A DNA stretch of 64,000 nt from Eledone cirrhosa. Lineage: Eukaryota. This document shows positions 14,082 to 26,895 of the stretch, in pieces; position 1 is the first letter of the stretch, and each line of letters starts with the position of its first letter. Below the pieces are notes generated by a model, which was given only the letters and a program-made list of their open reading frames with translations, made no database searches and was not told the DNA's origin. The position numbers and the translations under genes were made by a program. The DNA lies in the NCBI GenBank assembly GCA_964016885.1, contig OZ024745.1:123566001-123630000 (forward strand), given 5' to 3'.

Positions 14082-14278
14082 TGTGTGTGCGTGTACGCAT
14101 GTGTGTATATATATATTTGTGTGTGTATAATATATATATATTTATATATAATGTATATATATATATATATATAAAATAAAAATGGTGTAGGCATTACAAT
14201 ACAATGGGAGGAAACATAATATATATCTGTCTTTCTATGTATAATGTATATATCTATATATATGTGTATATGTATATG

Positions 14279-14315
<37 letters not shown>

Positions 14316-14320
<5 letters not shown>

Positions 14321-14812
14321 GTAATCTGAGTTTTTTGAATATTAATAATAACATTTGATTCGTTTGCAATTATGCAAACAAGCAAAATTTTCTTTTTTAT
14401 TTGAATTTGGCCAAGCCGGCCATTTATCGCTCTTATACAGGAAACTGACTGGCCAGTCTGCTGACCAGTGGATCTGCTAATATGCAGATCTGACTGATCA
14501 GCTAGTCTGCTAATATGCAAATCCGGCCAATCAGTAACTGTGTATTATTGAAAATAGTATATATTTTCACTAGCTCTGACAGTTTGGCAGGTGAACAGTG
14601 AGCTGTACTGATGAAGGGTGATACACAGAAACATTAGTGTCTGCAGTTCTGTTCGAATGCCAACACAAGAGCAAGAATGAAGTGTTCATTCTACTGACAT
14701 GGCTATAAAATTGAGGCTTGTTTGCATAATTGCAAACGAATTGAATGTTATTATTAATATTTGAAAAACTCAGATTACATTTATTGTATTCAGCCATGTA
14801 GAGCAAAATTTT

Positions 14813-14819
<7 letters not shown>
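14316..14819. mobile_element. Inverted-repeat element with ~68-bp arms, unclassified
   Basis: 14316-14383 is the near-exact reverse complement of 14716-14783; embedded in (TA)n. Confidence 0.65.
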
Positions 14820-14856
<37 letters not shown>

Positions 14857-14892
14857 TATATATATGTATAATGTAATATATCTATCTATATA

Positions 14893-16076
14893 CATGGTGC
14901 GGACGGTATTTGATGACACATGTATTTTTAGTCATTTTATTTAACTAATTTTTTAACAATGAAAATAACTATATGCTTACTAATGAAATGAAAAGGCATG
15001 CTGTGATTGTGGCTTTGAAGGCTAAGCATGGGGATTTAGAAATTTCTCGTTTTTTGAAAGTTGCAAGATCTTTTGTCCACAAGATTCGTACCTTTATCAA
15101 AACGTAAAAAACTTTCCAAACATTCTGATTCTATCAGGACACCTGAATTTATTCAGGAGGTTAAGCAAAACATTGATGACAATGCAGGAAAATCAATAAT
15201 GTTAATTGCAAAAAAATTTGGTGTGTCAGAAAAAACAATCAGAAATGTTGTGCATGAAGACATCAGATACAAATCTTATGTGATGAGGAGAGGTCGATTT
15301 ATGTCAGAAAAAAAGAAAAGAAAAGTGTTTAATCAGATCCAAAAGACTTTTAGACAATCTTAAAAATCTATCAAAAGATGGTGTGATTTGGTTTTTCTTA
15401 GATGAGAAAATCTTTGACCAGGACCACAAAACTAACAGAAGAAATGACAGGTGGCTATGTGCAGACCCTTCTGAGGTTCCAAGAGTAATGCACACAACAT
15501 TTCCTGCAAGTCTCATGGTTTTGGGTGTTGTTAGCAATGAATGACATGTGATGCCTCCTCACTTTTTTCCACAAGGCCTTAGGGTGAATGCGACTGCATA
15601 TATTGAGGTTCTGGATAAGGTATGAAGCCTTGGATCTGTGTATGCAATGGAAGGCCTTTTGTCTTTCAACAAGATTCTGCACCATCACACAAAACTCAAA
15701 TGACACAAGAATGGATGGCCGACAATTTGCATGATCACATCACATTTGGCCTCCTAATTCTCCAGATCTCAATCCACTGGACTACTATGTATGGAGCATC
15801 GTTGAGAAAAATGTCAATGAACACCCCCATTGCACCAAAGATTCTTTGAAAGCCGCCATAATTCGAGTCATGTCCGATATGAACAAGGACCACTTAATCC
15901 GAGCTTGCAAACGATTTCAAGAGCCAGTTATTGATGCTTATGGTGGTTTTATTGAATGAAATTATTAAATTGATAATTCAGCTTTATGTTTTTGTTATTT
16001 TTATAAGAATACAGTTATTTTTCTGTTATTATATAAGCGTTTTTTTTAAAACCATAAATCTGTCCTCAAATGTGTG
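14893..16076 (+). mobile_element. Tc1/mariner DD37D (maT-like) transposon with pseudogenised transposase
   Basis: HTH region (IAKKFGVSEKTIRNVVHEDI), DEKIF, FQQDSAPSHK and WPPNSPDLNPLDY across frameshifts and stops; degenerate TIRs in TA context. Confidence 0.9.
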
Positions 16077-16094
16077 TATATATATATATATGTC

Positions 16095-16530
16095 GTCTGA
16101 TACGACATAGTTTTGGTGACAAATACAGTGAAGGAGGCAGACGATTTGATGCAGGAGGTTGAGACTGTGCCGATGAGTGTGGGGCTGAGAATGAATGAGA
16201 CTAAAACAAAATATCTGGTAGAGAATGTTGAGAAGCCAGAGGGGATCACTAATGTAGGCGGGAAGCCGCTAGAATTGTATTTGGGAGCAAAGATTGGGAA
16301 TACGGAAGATGATGTGGTTGAGAGGAAGAGCAAAGCCTGGCGGTGTGCCACAGCTTGAGATCATTGTGGAAGTCGGACCTTCGTAAAGACCTGAAAATCC
16401 GCCTCTTCATTGCTGTAGTGGTGTCTGTGCTGCTGTACGGGTCTGAGACTTGGACACTGACCAAGAAACTCACTCAGATGGTGGATGGGTGCTACACGAG
16501 AATACTGAGGATGGCTCTGAACATTAATAA
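16095..16530 (+). mobile_element. RTE-clade reverse transcriptase fragment
   Basis: VGLRMNETKTKY and KIRLF...VSVLLYGSETWTLTK motifs. Confidence 0.85.
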
Positions 16531-16616
16531 GGGGGAGGGGGAGGTTGTCTGTCGGAAAGGTGCGAAACGTGCCCTCCGCTGTTCGTTGTTTTGAATATCT
16601 ATATATATATATAATA

Positions 16617-16832
16617 CTTTACTCAGCTGTATAAATGAGATGATAGGGACTGGGGTCCATATCATTCCACTGCAAAGTGGTCGTGGAGGTGCCACGGCAA
16701 AAAAGCACTCACCACTCATTGTAAATGAGGTTGGTGTTAGGAAGGGCATCCAGCTGTAGAAATCAAGCCAGAATCAGTTCCCGTCCCAACCTTGCAAGCA
16801 GGGAAAAGCGGATGTAAAATGATGATGATGAT
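16617..16832 (+). mobile_element. SINE family B, 5'-truncated, RTE-type tail
   Basis: Near identical to 19618-19837. Confidence 0.9.
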
Positions 16833-16922
16833 ATATCTATCTGTATATATATATATATATATATGTATATATAATGTATATATCTATCTATCTCTATATA
16901 TATATATATATATGTATGTATA

Positions 16923-16954
<32 letters not shown>

Positions 16955-16962
16955 AATGTATA

Positions 16963-17001
<39 letters not shown>

Positions 17002-17017
17002 GTATATATAATGTATA

Positions 17018-17065
<48 letters not shown>

Positions 17066-17398
17066 GAGGTATCCACAGTAAGTTGTGGGGTCTATTCTGC
17101 AGGAACTGATCATAGTTTGTAATCACCGTATACGAAGAACATTTAAATATTATAAACCTAATTAAATATTCTAAATAGCAACTCACTATAATTCTATATA
17201 GAGCAACATTTATTAGTACCCCTTTCCCCTAATTATATGCATTCATGATTATTTTTTACCTTTTAATGTTTTAGCTTCCTTAGGTTTATGCGTTAATGAC
17301 TAAAGGCACAAGGTACACAACCACCCGTAATTGCATGAGTAAATATATATCTATGTAAGATATGGAAATATATTTATGTGTGTATATATATATTTATG

Positions 17399-17447
<49 letters not shown>

Positions 17448-18009
17448 ATGTGTGTATGTGTATATATATATATGTATCTGCTTGTGTGTGAGTATATGTG
17501 TATGAGTGTTTATATATGAGTGTGTGTACATGTATGGGGAGTGTACATACACACATATATATATGTGTGTGTATATATATATATATATATATAAATATGT
17601 ATATATACATGTATATATACATGTATATATGTGGGTATAGGTGTGTATGTGTAGATATAGATATGTATGGATATGTGTGTATATGTTTTATGTGTCATGT
17701 GTAACTGTGTATTTATGTTTTCATCTATTTGTGTGTATGTATATTTTTGGTTGGATATCAATATAACTGTACCTCTCTATATATAGTGTGGATATATGCA
17801 CTTTGTAGTTTATGAAATTTATGTGTTTTAACTATGCCAACATGTATTTATCTGAGTTTAATTATTTATACATAAACATACTTGATAGTATTTTAGAGCG
17901 TATCATATGCTGTATTATGCTAAGTGCAATTTTGCACACCTTACTATATTGTGTTGGTTAAGTTGTATATTATTGCATTACTGTATTTCATTATCTTATT
18001 ATAATTTTA

Positions 18010-18197
18010 GGGCGGTGGACTGGCAGTATCGGTAGAGGGTCGGACGCCATGCTTTCCAGCATAGTTACGTCCCTTTACGATCTGAGTTCAAATCCCGCCG
18101 AGGTTGACTTTGCTTTTCATCCTTACGGGGTCGATAAAATAAAGTACCAGTAATGCACTGGATAATTGCTGGCCTTGTGCCTAACGTAGAAACAATT
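18010..18197 (+). mobile_element. SINE family A, reference full copy. Other copies at ~18880-19060(+), 20487-20620(-), 23112-23330(+), 27505-27720(+), 31808-31970(-), 41708-41866(-), 51815-52020(+), 59688-59900(+), 60145-60242(+), 62205-62275(-)
   Basis: tRNA-like head (tggcagtatcggtagag; gagttcaaatccc) and central domain gccgaggttgactttgc.tttcatcc...ggggtcgataaaataaagtaccag, which from memory resembles the Meta-SINE domain. Confidence 0.85.
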
Positions 18198-18723
18198 ATC
18201 TTATTATAATTTTCATCTTTTAATATACTATCTTTCCTAGCCATAACCTTAATTTATATTCACCTACAAACTCAATACAACACTAATCACCATTTATTTT
18301 GACATTCCTTTTTAACTTCACTATACCAGATACATTCAACAGTTTGACAATTCCTTTCCTCCTAATAGATTGTTATGCCAATTCTACTATTAACACCATT
18401 CAACCATTCCTTTCAAAGGGTCATGTCCTCCACTAAAGTGTATTACTTTTCATCTTAACACCATATGAAAAAAATAATTTGATTGGTTAGTTCTTCAACA
18501 TTCCTCCAAATAAGGACATATTACTAACATACTACTAATTCTGAATAAAATTATTATTGCTTTTGAAAACAGGTGGTGATTTGCATGTAATCTGATATTT
18601 TGTAACTAACCTTACATAGATCAATAACGGAGTATAGCTACAATGTATTATCATAACCTAGAAACGATCGTAAAGCATGAAGTATGTCTCTAATGACTTG
18701 ATTTTTTATTTCATTGTTTTAAC

Positions 18724-20095
18724 ATATATATATATATATATATATGTATAATGTGTATATATAGATATGTAATGTATATATCTATATATATGTATAATGT
18801 ATATATCTATATGTATATATATGTATAATGTATATATCTCTCTCTATATATATATGTATTAATGTATATATCTCTCGTGTATTGGCAGTATCGGTAGAGG
18901 GTCAGACGCCGTGCTTTGTAGCAAAGAGTTACGGCCCTTCACGGTCTGAGTTCAAATCCCGCCGAGGTTAACTTTGCCTTTCATCCCTACGGGGTCGATA
19001 AAATAAAGTACCAGTAATACACTGGAATAATTGCTGGCCTTGTGCCAAAAGTAGAAACAATGTATATATCTCTCTATATATATATGTATAATGTATATAT
19101 ATCTATATATATATATCTATATATATATGTATAATGTATATATCTATATATATATATGTATGTATACGTACATATATATATGTATACAGACGTACAGTAG
19201 TATGTATATATATATGCATACATGCACATATATATATACATACGAGCATTATAATAAATGTTCGGGAAACCGATACGTGCATGTATATATGTGTGCATGT
19301 ATGTATATATATATACATACTACTGTAGGTCTGTATACATATATATATATATATGTACGTATAAATACATACATACTTACATTTAAGTAAGTGCTGTACT
19401 AAGAGTGAGAAATGAAATTTCGTTTCATTCTATTCCATTTATATATATATATATATATATGTATAATGTATATATGTATCTATATATATATATAGTGGAG
19501 GCACATGGCTTAGTGGTTAGAGCATTGGCCTGGCAATCGAAAGGTTGTGAGTTCAATTCTCAGACCGGGTGATGTGTTGTTTCCTTGAGCAAGACACTTT
19601 ATTTCACATTGCTCCAGTTTACTCAGCTGTAGAAATGAGATGATAGGACTGGGGTCCCTATCATTCCACTGCAAAGTGGTCGTGGAGGTGCCACGGCAAA
19701 AAAGCACCCAGCACTCACTGTAAATGAGGTTGGTGTTAGGAAGGGCATCCAGCTGTAGAAATCAAGCCAGAATCAGTTCCCGTCCCACCCTTGCAAGCAG
19801 GGAAAAAGCGGACTTAAAAACGAAATGATGATGATGATATATGTATAATGTATATATATATCTCTCTCTATATATATATGTATAATGTATATATATATAT
19901 CTATATATATATATATATATGTATAATGTATATATCTATATATGTATATGTATAATGTATATATCTCTATATATATATGTATAATGTATAATCTATATAT
20001 CTATATATATATGTATTATGTATATATCTATATATATATGTATAATGTATATATCTATCTATCTATATATATGTATAATTTATATATCTATTCAT
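18724..20095. repeat. TA-rich satellite-like tract with motif tatgtataatgtatatatct, interrupted by SINEs
   Basis: Motif repeated many times; also present at ~14237, 14862 and 16860-17020. Confidence 0.85.
19495..19837 (+). mobile_element. SINE family B full copy (tRNA head, CORE-like domain, RTE-derived tail)
   Basis: tggcttagtggttagagc A box, gagttcaattctc B box, gtttccttgagcaagacac, tail cgtcccacccttgcaagcaggg...(GAT)n. Confidence 0.9.
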
Positions 20096-20209
20096 ATATA
20101 TTTAGTAATCCTTAAAATTCTAATTCAATTATATTTTTTTTCTGTTTTAAACATTTGTCATGTATTTCTGAAGAAAATACCGACCTCTACTGTCCTGTAC
20201 TGTCATTAA

Positions 20210-20427
20210 CCCTTTACCATTTACATTACTCTCTATTTACTATTGTATTTTCACAGTAAAGGCTTTATCTTACATAATATCCCACATAATATTGAATCTG
20301 AGATTTTGATGTTATTTATTTTGAGAACACTTCCTTAACCTAAAAATGAGTGGCCAGTTACAGCCAGTTTGAGCAGAAAGCGATGAGGGAATTCTGGTTG
20401 GGTATGGCCGGTTTAATTTCTAAAGGG
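20210..20427 (+). mobile_element. TTAA MITE family 1
   Basis: TTAA-ccctttaccattta...taaaggg-tta. Confidence 0.85.
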
Positions 20428-20659
20428 TTATTGTTATACTTTATGTCAACCCTTGTGGTTAATAAAGAAAGCCTAATTATAATAATAATTGTTTCTACTT
20501 TTGGCACAAGGCCAGCAATTATCTCAGTACATTACTGGTACTTTATTTTATCGACCACGTAAGGATGAAAGGCAAAGGTAACATCGGCGGGATTTGAACT
20601 CAGTTCGTAAAGGGGCGTAATTATAATTGTAATAATAATAATAATAGTAATAATACTAA

Positions 20660-21261
20660 CTAGCAGAATGGCCCGGCGTTGCTCGGGATTTGCTCTAGGG
20701 TTCTTATATATTTGATAATATCCTTCTCGAGCCTCGTGAAATAAATATATTTGTTTATATTTTGTTATTGTGTATGCAAAAAATATCTGTACACGAATAT
20801 ATAATTATATATATTAAAGTTTAAGCAAAGAATCGCTGCTTTCACCCTTAACGGGATCTTCTGAAACTAAAAAAATCAATCTGTGAACGCAGAAGTAAAT
20901 ATTTCGAAAAACGTTACACACTATATATATATATATATACATATATATAAACACACTATATATACATATATACACACACACCACGTCATAATGTCGTAAT
21001 GCAGACGGCCAGACATACAGACAGATATTATAAGGGCACAACATTATATCTATGTATCCATCTAAAAAGCGAAAGACTAAGAATTATAGAGAGAGATCGC
21101 TAAATCGCCTAATGCAATTTTTTTTTTGCTCAAATCACTCACTGGACCATAAGTATTACATGTGTAAAGTTTGAAAACAATCGGTTGGGTGGTTCTCGAG
21201 TTTTAATGAGCTGACAGACAGACAGGCACACAGACATTCTCGGTTTTAGATATATATAAGA
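20660..21261 (-). mobile_element. Non-autonomous Helitron
   Basis: Minus strand reads a|TC...(CTGT)n...hairpin cccgagcaacgccggg...CTAG|t, no TSD; second copy at 57790-58407. Confidence 0.85.
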
Positions 21262-21371
21262 TAATACTAGAAGGATGTGAAAAAGAAAATGTTTGGTTTA
21301 GGTGCAGTGTCAAATTGAATAAGAAAATTGAAATTGAAATGAACTCTTTGTGCAGGGTGGGGAAACCACCG

Positions 21372-21733
21372 TTCTCTCTCTCTCTCTTCCCCTCTCTCTA
21401 CCTTGCTCTCTCTCATTCTCTCACTACCTCTCTCTCATCTTCTTTCTCTCTCTCTCTTTCTGTCTCTCTCTCTTTCCCCCTCTCTCTACCTTGCTTTCTC
21501 TCTGTCTCTCTCTCTTCCTCTCTCTACCTTGTTCTCTCTCTCTCGATCTCCCTCTCCCCCTCTCTCTACCTTGCTCTCTCTCATTCTCTCTTTTCTTCTC
21601 TCTACCTTGTTCTCTCTCATTCTCTCTCTCTCTCTCTGTCTTTCTCTTTTCCTCTCTCTACCTTGTTCTCTCTCATTCTCTCTCTCTCTCTCTCTATCCC
21701 CCCTCCTCTCACACACACACACACACACACACA
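21372..21733. repeat. CT-rich degenerate tandem repeat ending in (CA)n
   Basis: Recurrent ctctctctaccttg(t/c)tctctc unit. Confidence 0.9.
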
Positions 21734-22088
21734 TGTTTTAAAAAAAGAAAGCAGAAAATATGAATTTATATTTGTTGGATCAATGTTTTTTGCTTTACCT
21801 TTTGCTGTTCATATAAATTAGCATATAGAGATTTCATAGCTGCATGTGCATGTGTGTGTGTGTGTGTGTGTGACAGTGATATATGGTAAATGACACCATC
21901 TTGTCATAGTACTGTGTTATGTTGACAGCTGTAAATATTTCTTGCATTATTATGTTATTTGTTTCTTTTCCTCTCCGCTCTCATTTTCGATGTCTTGACA
22001 ATACTTTGTCTTTGTTGTCTCTGATTCATAATCTAGTTGATTGTTTGCTTTCTTTTTCTAGTGTGTGCGTGATGTCTGTGTGTGTGTT

Positions 22089-22119
<31 letters not shown>

Positions 22120-22359
22120 GTATGCAAAATACACATGCATTAATGCATGCACAGGTAAAAAGCATATGCAGATAAATGCATTCATACATGCACATATCCA
22201 AGTTCACACACGTGTGTAATCATACACAGATAAATGCATACACAGAGGTACATACAAATATATGAGTGTATACATGCGCATATACAAATGTAGGTACTCG
22301 TGTAGTGGTGTAAATGTACACAGTTAAAGTATAGATGTCTATGTTTATATACATGTTAA

Positions 22360-22543
22360 CCCTTTAGCATTTACATTACTCTCTATTTACTATTATATTT
22401 TCATGGTAAAGAGGGCGGTGGATTTGCAGTATCGGTAGAGGGTCGGACGCCATGCTTTGACGCATAGAGTTACGGCCCTTGCCATTCTGAGTTCAAATCC
22501 CGCCGAGATATTTCCGGATATGGCCGGTTTAAATGCTAAAGGG
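22360..22543 (+). mobile_element. Chimeric TTAA MITE whose interior is a SINE-A 5' half
   Basis: Intact MITE ends (TTAA-ccctttagcattta / taaatgctaaaggg-TTAA) with a SINE head at 22412-22507 replacing the normal core. Confidence 0.85.
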
Positions 22544-22547
22544 TTAA

Positions 22548-23021
22548 ATCGCCCTTATCTGGCCAGAATTTTCTCACCCCTTTCTGTTCAAACCATCCAT
22601 AACCAGCTGCTCATACTTATGTTAAAGTATTTTTCTCAAAATAAATATTAAAATCTCCTAGAATATTAAGTGAGATAATTATGTGAAATAAAGCATTTAT
22701 CGTGAACATACAATAGTAAATATTGAGTAATGTAAATCCTAAAGGGTTAAGGTGTTTATCTAAAAATTTTTTATTAGAATTTTATGTAAGGATCCTTTAA
22801 CCCTTTAGCATTTAAACTGGCCATATCTGGCCAGAATTCTCTCACCCCTTTCAGCTCAAACGAGCAGTTACTGATTGCTCATTCTGATGTTAAGGTATTG
22901 TTCTCAAAATAAATACTTTCAAAATCTCATATATTCGATATTATGTGAGATAATTATGTAAAATAAAGCCTTTACCACAAAAATACATTAGTAAATATAG
23001 AGTAATGTAAATGCTAAAGGG
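22548..23021 (-). mobile_element. Two further family-1 MITE copies (22548-22746 partial; 22801-23021 complete)
   Basis: TIR ccctttagcattta, TTAA flanks, shared core. Confidence 0.9.
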
Positions 23022-23653
23022 TTAATGTGTTTCAAACATCAACTTAATAATGAGAAAGTTAGTTATTTTACTAAATCATTCGAAATTCTTTTTATTATTT
23101 TCAACTCTTATAGGGCAGTGGGTTGACAGTATCAGTAAAGTCAGACACCATACTTTGCAGCATAGAGCTACGCCCCTTTATGGCCTGAGTTCAAATCTCG
23201 CTGAGGTTTAGCTTTGCCTTTCATCCTTACGAGGTCGATAAAATGATGCACCAGTAACATACTGGGGTTGATTTAATTGACTTTCCTCTCCTCCCAAATT
23301 ACTGGCCTTGTTTTCTACACTAGAAATCATTATTTTCAACATTTATTGAATAATTGGATGCCCATCCATACCTTATTTTTTAAAGTATGGTATATACTAC
23401 TAAACATTTGTTTAGCTGCAATATTGCAGGCCATATTTTTTTTTATGAGAGATATAAACAATGTCACTGCTTACTTTTTATAAATGATGCTTATATGGCA
23501 TTTGCAGCAGTGACTTTCCTTCTCCCCCAGATTACATTATCCAATGTGTCTTCCTATTTTGAAGCCAATAATATATGATATGGTATGGTACAGACTTTTA
23601 TTGCTATTTTTGCAGTTTCTCCAGCAATGTAGTTGCTCTTCTGGTTGGCATTG

Positions 23654-24615
23654 GCGTATGTATTTGTGTATTGTACCTGTTTGAATGTAGTTATGTGTTG
23701 CCATATGTGAGAGTTTGTAGAGATGTGAGTGTATGGGTGTATATTTGTGTATTGTACCTGTGTGAGTGTATGGGTGTATATTTGTGTATTGTACCTGTGT
23801 GAGTGTATGGGTGTATATTTGTGTATTGTACCTGTGTGAGTGTATGGGTGTATATTTGTGTATTGTACCTGTGTGAGTGTATGGGTGTATATTTGTGTAT
23901 TGTACCTGTGTGAGTGTATGGGTGTATATTTGTGTATTGTACCTGTGTGAGTGTATGGGTGTATATTTGTGTATTGTACCTGTGTGAGTGTATGGGTGTA
24001 TATTTGTGTATTGTACCTGTGTGAGTGTATGGGTGTATATTTGTGTATTGTACCTGTGTGAGTATATGGGTATATATTTGTGTATTGTACCTGTGTGAGT
24101 ATATGGGTATATATTTGTGTATTGTACCTGTGTGAGTGTATGGATGTATATTTGTGTATTGTACCTGTGTGAGTGTATGGGTATATATTTGTGTATTGTA
24201 CCTGTGTGAGTATATGGGTGTATATTTATGTATTGTACCTGTGTGAGTATATGGGTATATATTTGTGTATTGTACCTGTGTGAGTATATGGGTGTATATT
24301 TGTGTATTGTACCTATGTGAGTGTATGGGTGTATATTTGTGTATTGTACCTGTGTGAGTGTATGGGTGTATATTTGTGTATTGTACTTGTGTGAGTGTAT
24401 GGGTGTATATTTGTGTATTGTACCTGTGTGAGTGTATGGGTGTATTTTTGTGTATTGTACCTGCTTGAATGTAGTTATGTCTGCATTGTGTTGCTATACA
24501 TGAGAGTGTGTAGTGATGTGAGCGTATGGGTATATATTTGTGTATTGCACCTGCTTGAATATCTGCAATTGTGTTGCCATATGGGAGAGTTTATAGTGAT
24601 ATGAGTGTGGGTATA
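23654..24615. repeat. 37-bp minisatellite (~20 copies, 23723-24461) within a degenerate ~80-90-bp repeat
   Basis: Unit gtgtgagtgtatgggtgtatatttgtgtattgtacct. Confidence 0.95.
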
Positions 24616-25139
24616 TAAAGGAATATGTTCAGTTATTGGTAGAGATATTTAGAATGAATTATCTTAAATGAAAATTTTTTCCTTCTCTCCCCTTTTCTAT
24701 CCTTTTTCCACACTCTGCCTGCTCCTTTTCCTCCTCCCTCTTTCTCTCCCATTGTTATTTTATATTTTTTAATGATAATTTTGTTAATCATTTTATATTG
24801 CAGCAGAAATATTCTGATTGTATGAAGATGCTTATAAGGTTTTGTTAGTTAGACTCTGTTACCTCTCATCGTGATTGTTAAAAGTATAAATAAATTAATT
24901 AAATTCTGTCCATTCCATAGAATGTCAGAAATTTCTTTTGAGGTTTGTTTTATTTTTCTATTGAGATTACTAGAGAATTTTTGAACTTCATTATTAACTG
25001 GAAATATTTTAGTTCTCTCTCTCTCTCTGCTACACTCTTTTTTTAAATCTTATTTTCTTCTTTCCTCTATATACACTTTTTCTCAATACTCCCTTCTCTC
25101 TCATATTTCTTTTTTTCTCTTCTTATGCAACCCTCTCTC

Positions 25140-25275
25140 CACCACTCTTTTTGCAAGGTGTTGGTTTACCTGAAACTATAGTAGAAAAGATCTGCCCAAG
25201 CCACTGCACAGTGGGATTGAATCTGGCACTGTGTTTTGCAAAACAAACTTTGTAGCCACAAAGCCATGATCATGC
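25140..25275 (-). mobile_element. SINE family C, degenerate
   Basis: Minus strand atggctttgtgg...attcaatcccactg...ttgggcagatcttttctactatag. Confidence 0.6.
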
Positions 25276-26044
25276 CTATCTGGATATTCAATCCAATCCA
25301 GCGCCTTCTCACTCCTGTTTGAGGAACCCCTTCCTGGTTGACCTCCATCACTTTCTGTTTGGTTTTGGCCATGTTGGGTGTAGTCGTGTTCACCACGCTT
25401 GGCCAACTGCAGGTTAGTGAGACTATTGCACCCATAGTTAAGGTGGATGGCCATTCACCTTTTTTTTTCATCTGGTTATTAGTTCAGATTATATTTCAGT
25501 GGTTGTGTTGTGCCTCTCATTACTCCAGTTTGCTTTAACCCTTTTGTTACCAATCCATCCCTAACGTGATTCTATGAAACTAAACCACACAATTTTAAAA
25601 AGTTCCTACCTGAATTAAAATGTTCTGATAGTAAAATAATTAACTTTTACAGCTTTAAGGTGATGCTTGAAACATAAAATTTTACTTTTTTGTTAAAACA
25701 AAAAGTATATGATAGAATGTTTAAATTTAAGTATGAAGGTGTCAAAGCAAATTGTTATGTTCCATAGAGCAAGAAGTGGTTTCAGACATTTGGTATCAGA
25801 ATGATGGAAAACCAAAAAATATTTTTCATGGCATTATGGTCAGTTTTATTTTAGTCTTGAGCATATCTTATCCTATTTTATTTTGTTTTATCCCAATACT
25901 TAAATGAGCAATAATTTAATAAATCTATCCAAATCTTTCTTTAATTAATTCGAATACAGTGTATTCCATTATAATTATGGTAATGAAATGGTTAACTGAC
26001 AAACCCACTTCATTTTAGACTGATATGATGGGCAATTAGCTTAA

Positions 26045-26253
26045 CCCTTTAGCATTCATATTACTCTATATATACGATTATATTTTCATGGTAAAGGCTT
26101 TACCTCACATAATATCTCACATAATATCGAATCTATGAGATTTTGAAAGTATTTATTTTGAGAACAATACCTTAACATCAGTTTGAGTGACCAGTTACAG
26201 CCAGTTTCAACAGAAAGAGGTAGAGAACTCTGGCCGGTTTGAGCATTAAAGGG
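26045..26253 (+). mobile_element. TTAA MITE family 1
   Basis: TTAA flanks, TIRs, shared core. Confidence 0.9.
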
Positions 26254-26287
26254 TTAAGAGATACCACCAAAAAAAGAATAAAAATGG

Positions 26288-26403
26288 TTTGAAAAGACCC
26301 CTACCCCTAGCAACAAAATTGTTTGGAAAGAACTCTACCCTAGCAACATATTTTTTGGAAAGACCTCTACCCCTAGCAACAAAATTGTTTGAAAAGACCT
26401 CTA
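26288..26403. repeat. ~34-bp tandem repeat, ~3.4 copies
   Basis: tttg(a/g)aaagacc(c/t)ctacccctagcaacaaaattg. Confidence 0.85.
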
Positions 26404-26550
26404 GTCTCCATCAAGTTAGCTGCTAACTTGATGGAGATACATAGAAGAGGAATGGAATGTAGTAAAGAAGAGAAAAGATTGAGCTGAAATGGGTGGATGA
26501 GTTGTGTGAATGATCAACAGTAGGTAAAGCTGTGCTAATTTTTCCATAAA

Positions 26551-26895
26551 GGTGGAGGCACATGGCTTAGTGGTTAGAGCATTGGCCTTGCAATCGAACG
26601 GTTGTGAGTTCAATTCTGAGACCGGGTGATGTGTTGTTTCCTTGAGCAAGACACTTTATTTCACATTGCTCCAGTTTCCTCAGCTGTAGAAATGAGATGA
26701 TAGAGACTGGGTTCCCTATCATTTCACTGTAAAGTGGTCGTGGAGGTGCCACGGCAAAAAAGCACCCAGCACTCACTGTAAATGAGGTTGGTGTTAGGAA
26801 GGGCATCCAGCTGTAGAAATCAAGCCAGAATTTGTTCCCGTCCCACCCTTGCAAGCAGAGAAAAGCGGACGTAAAATGAAATGATGATGATGATG
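26551..26895 (+). mobile_element. SINE family B full copy
   Basis: Near identical to 19495-19837. Confidence 0.9.

Noticed and set aside
19495-19570. tRNA gene
   Set aside because: A and B boxes are present but the sequence runs into a SINE body and recurs as diverged copies; I see no clean cloverleaf acceptor stem
23723-24461. 37-bp repeat of CRISPR-like length
   Set aside because: Head-to-tail tandem array without spacers
25166-25538. Overlapping 66-101-aa ORFs suggesting an exon
   Set aside because: Partly a SINE-C remnant; no recognisable protein motif
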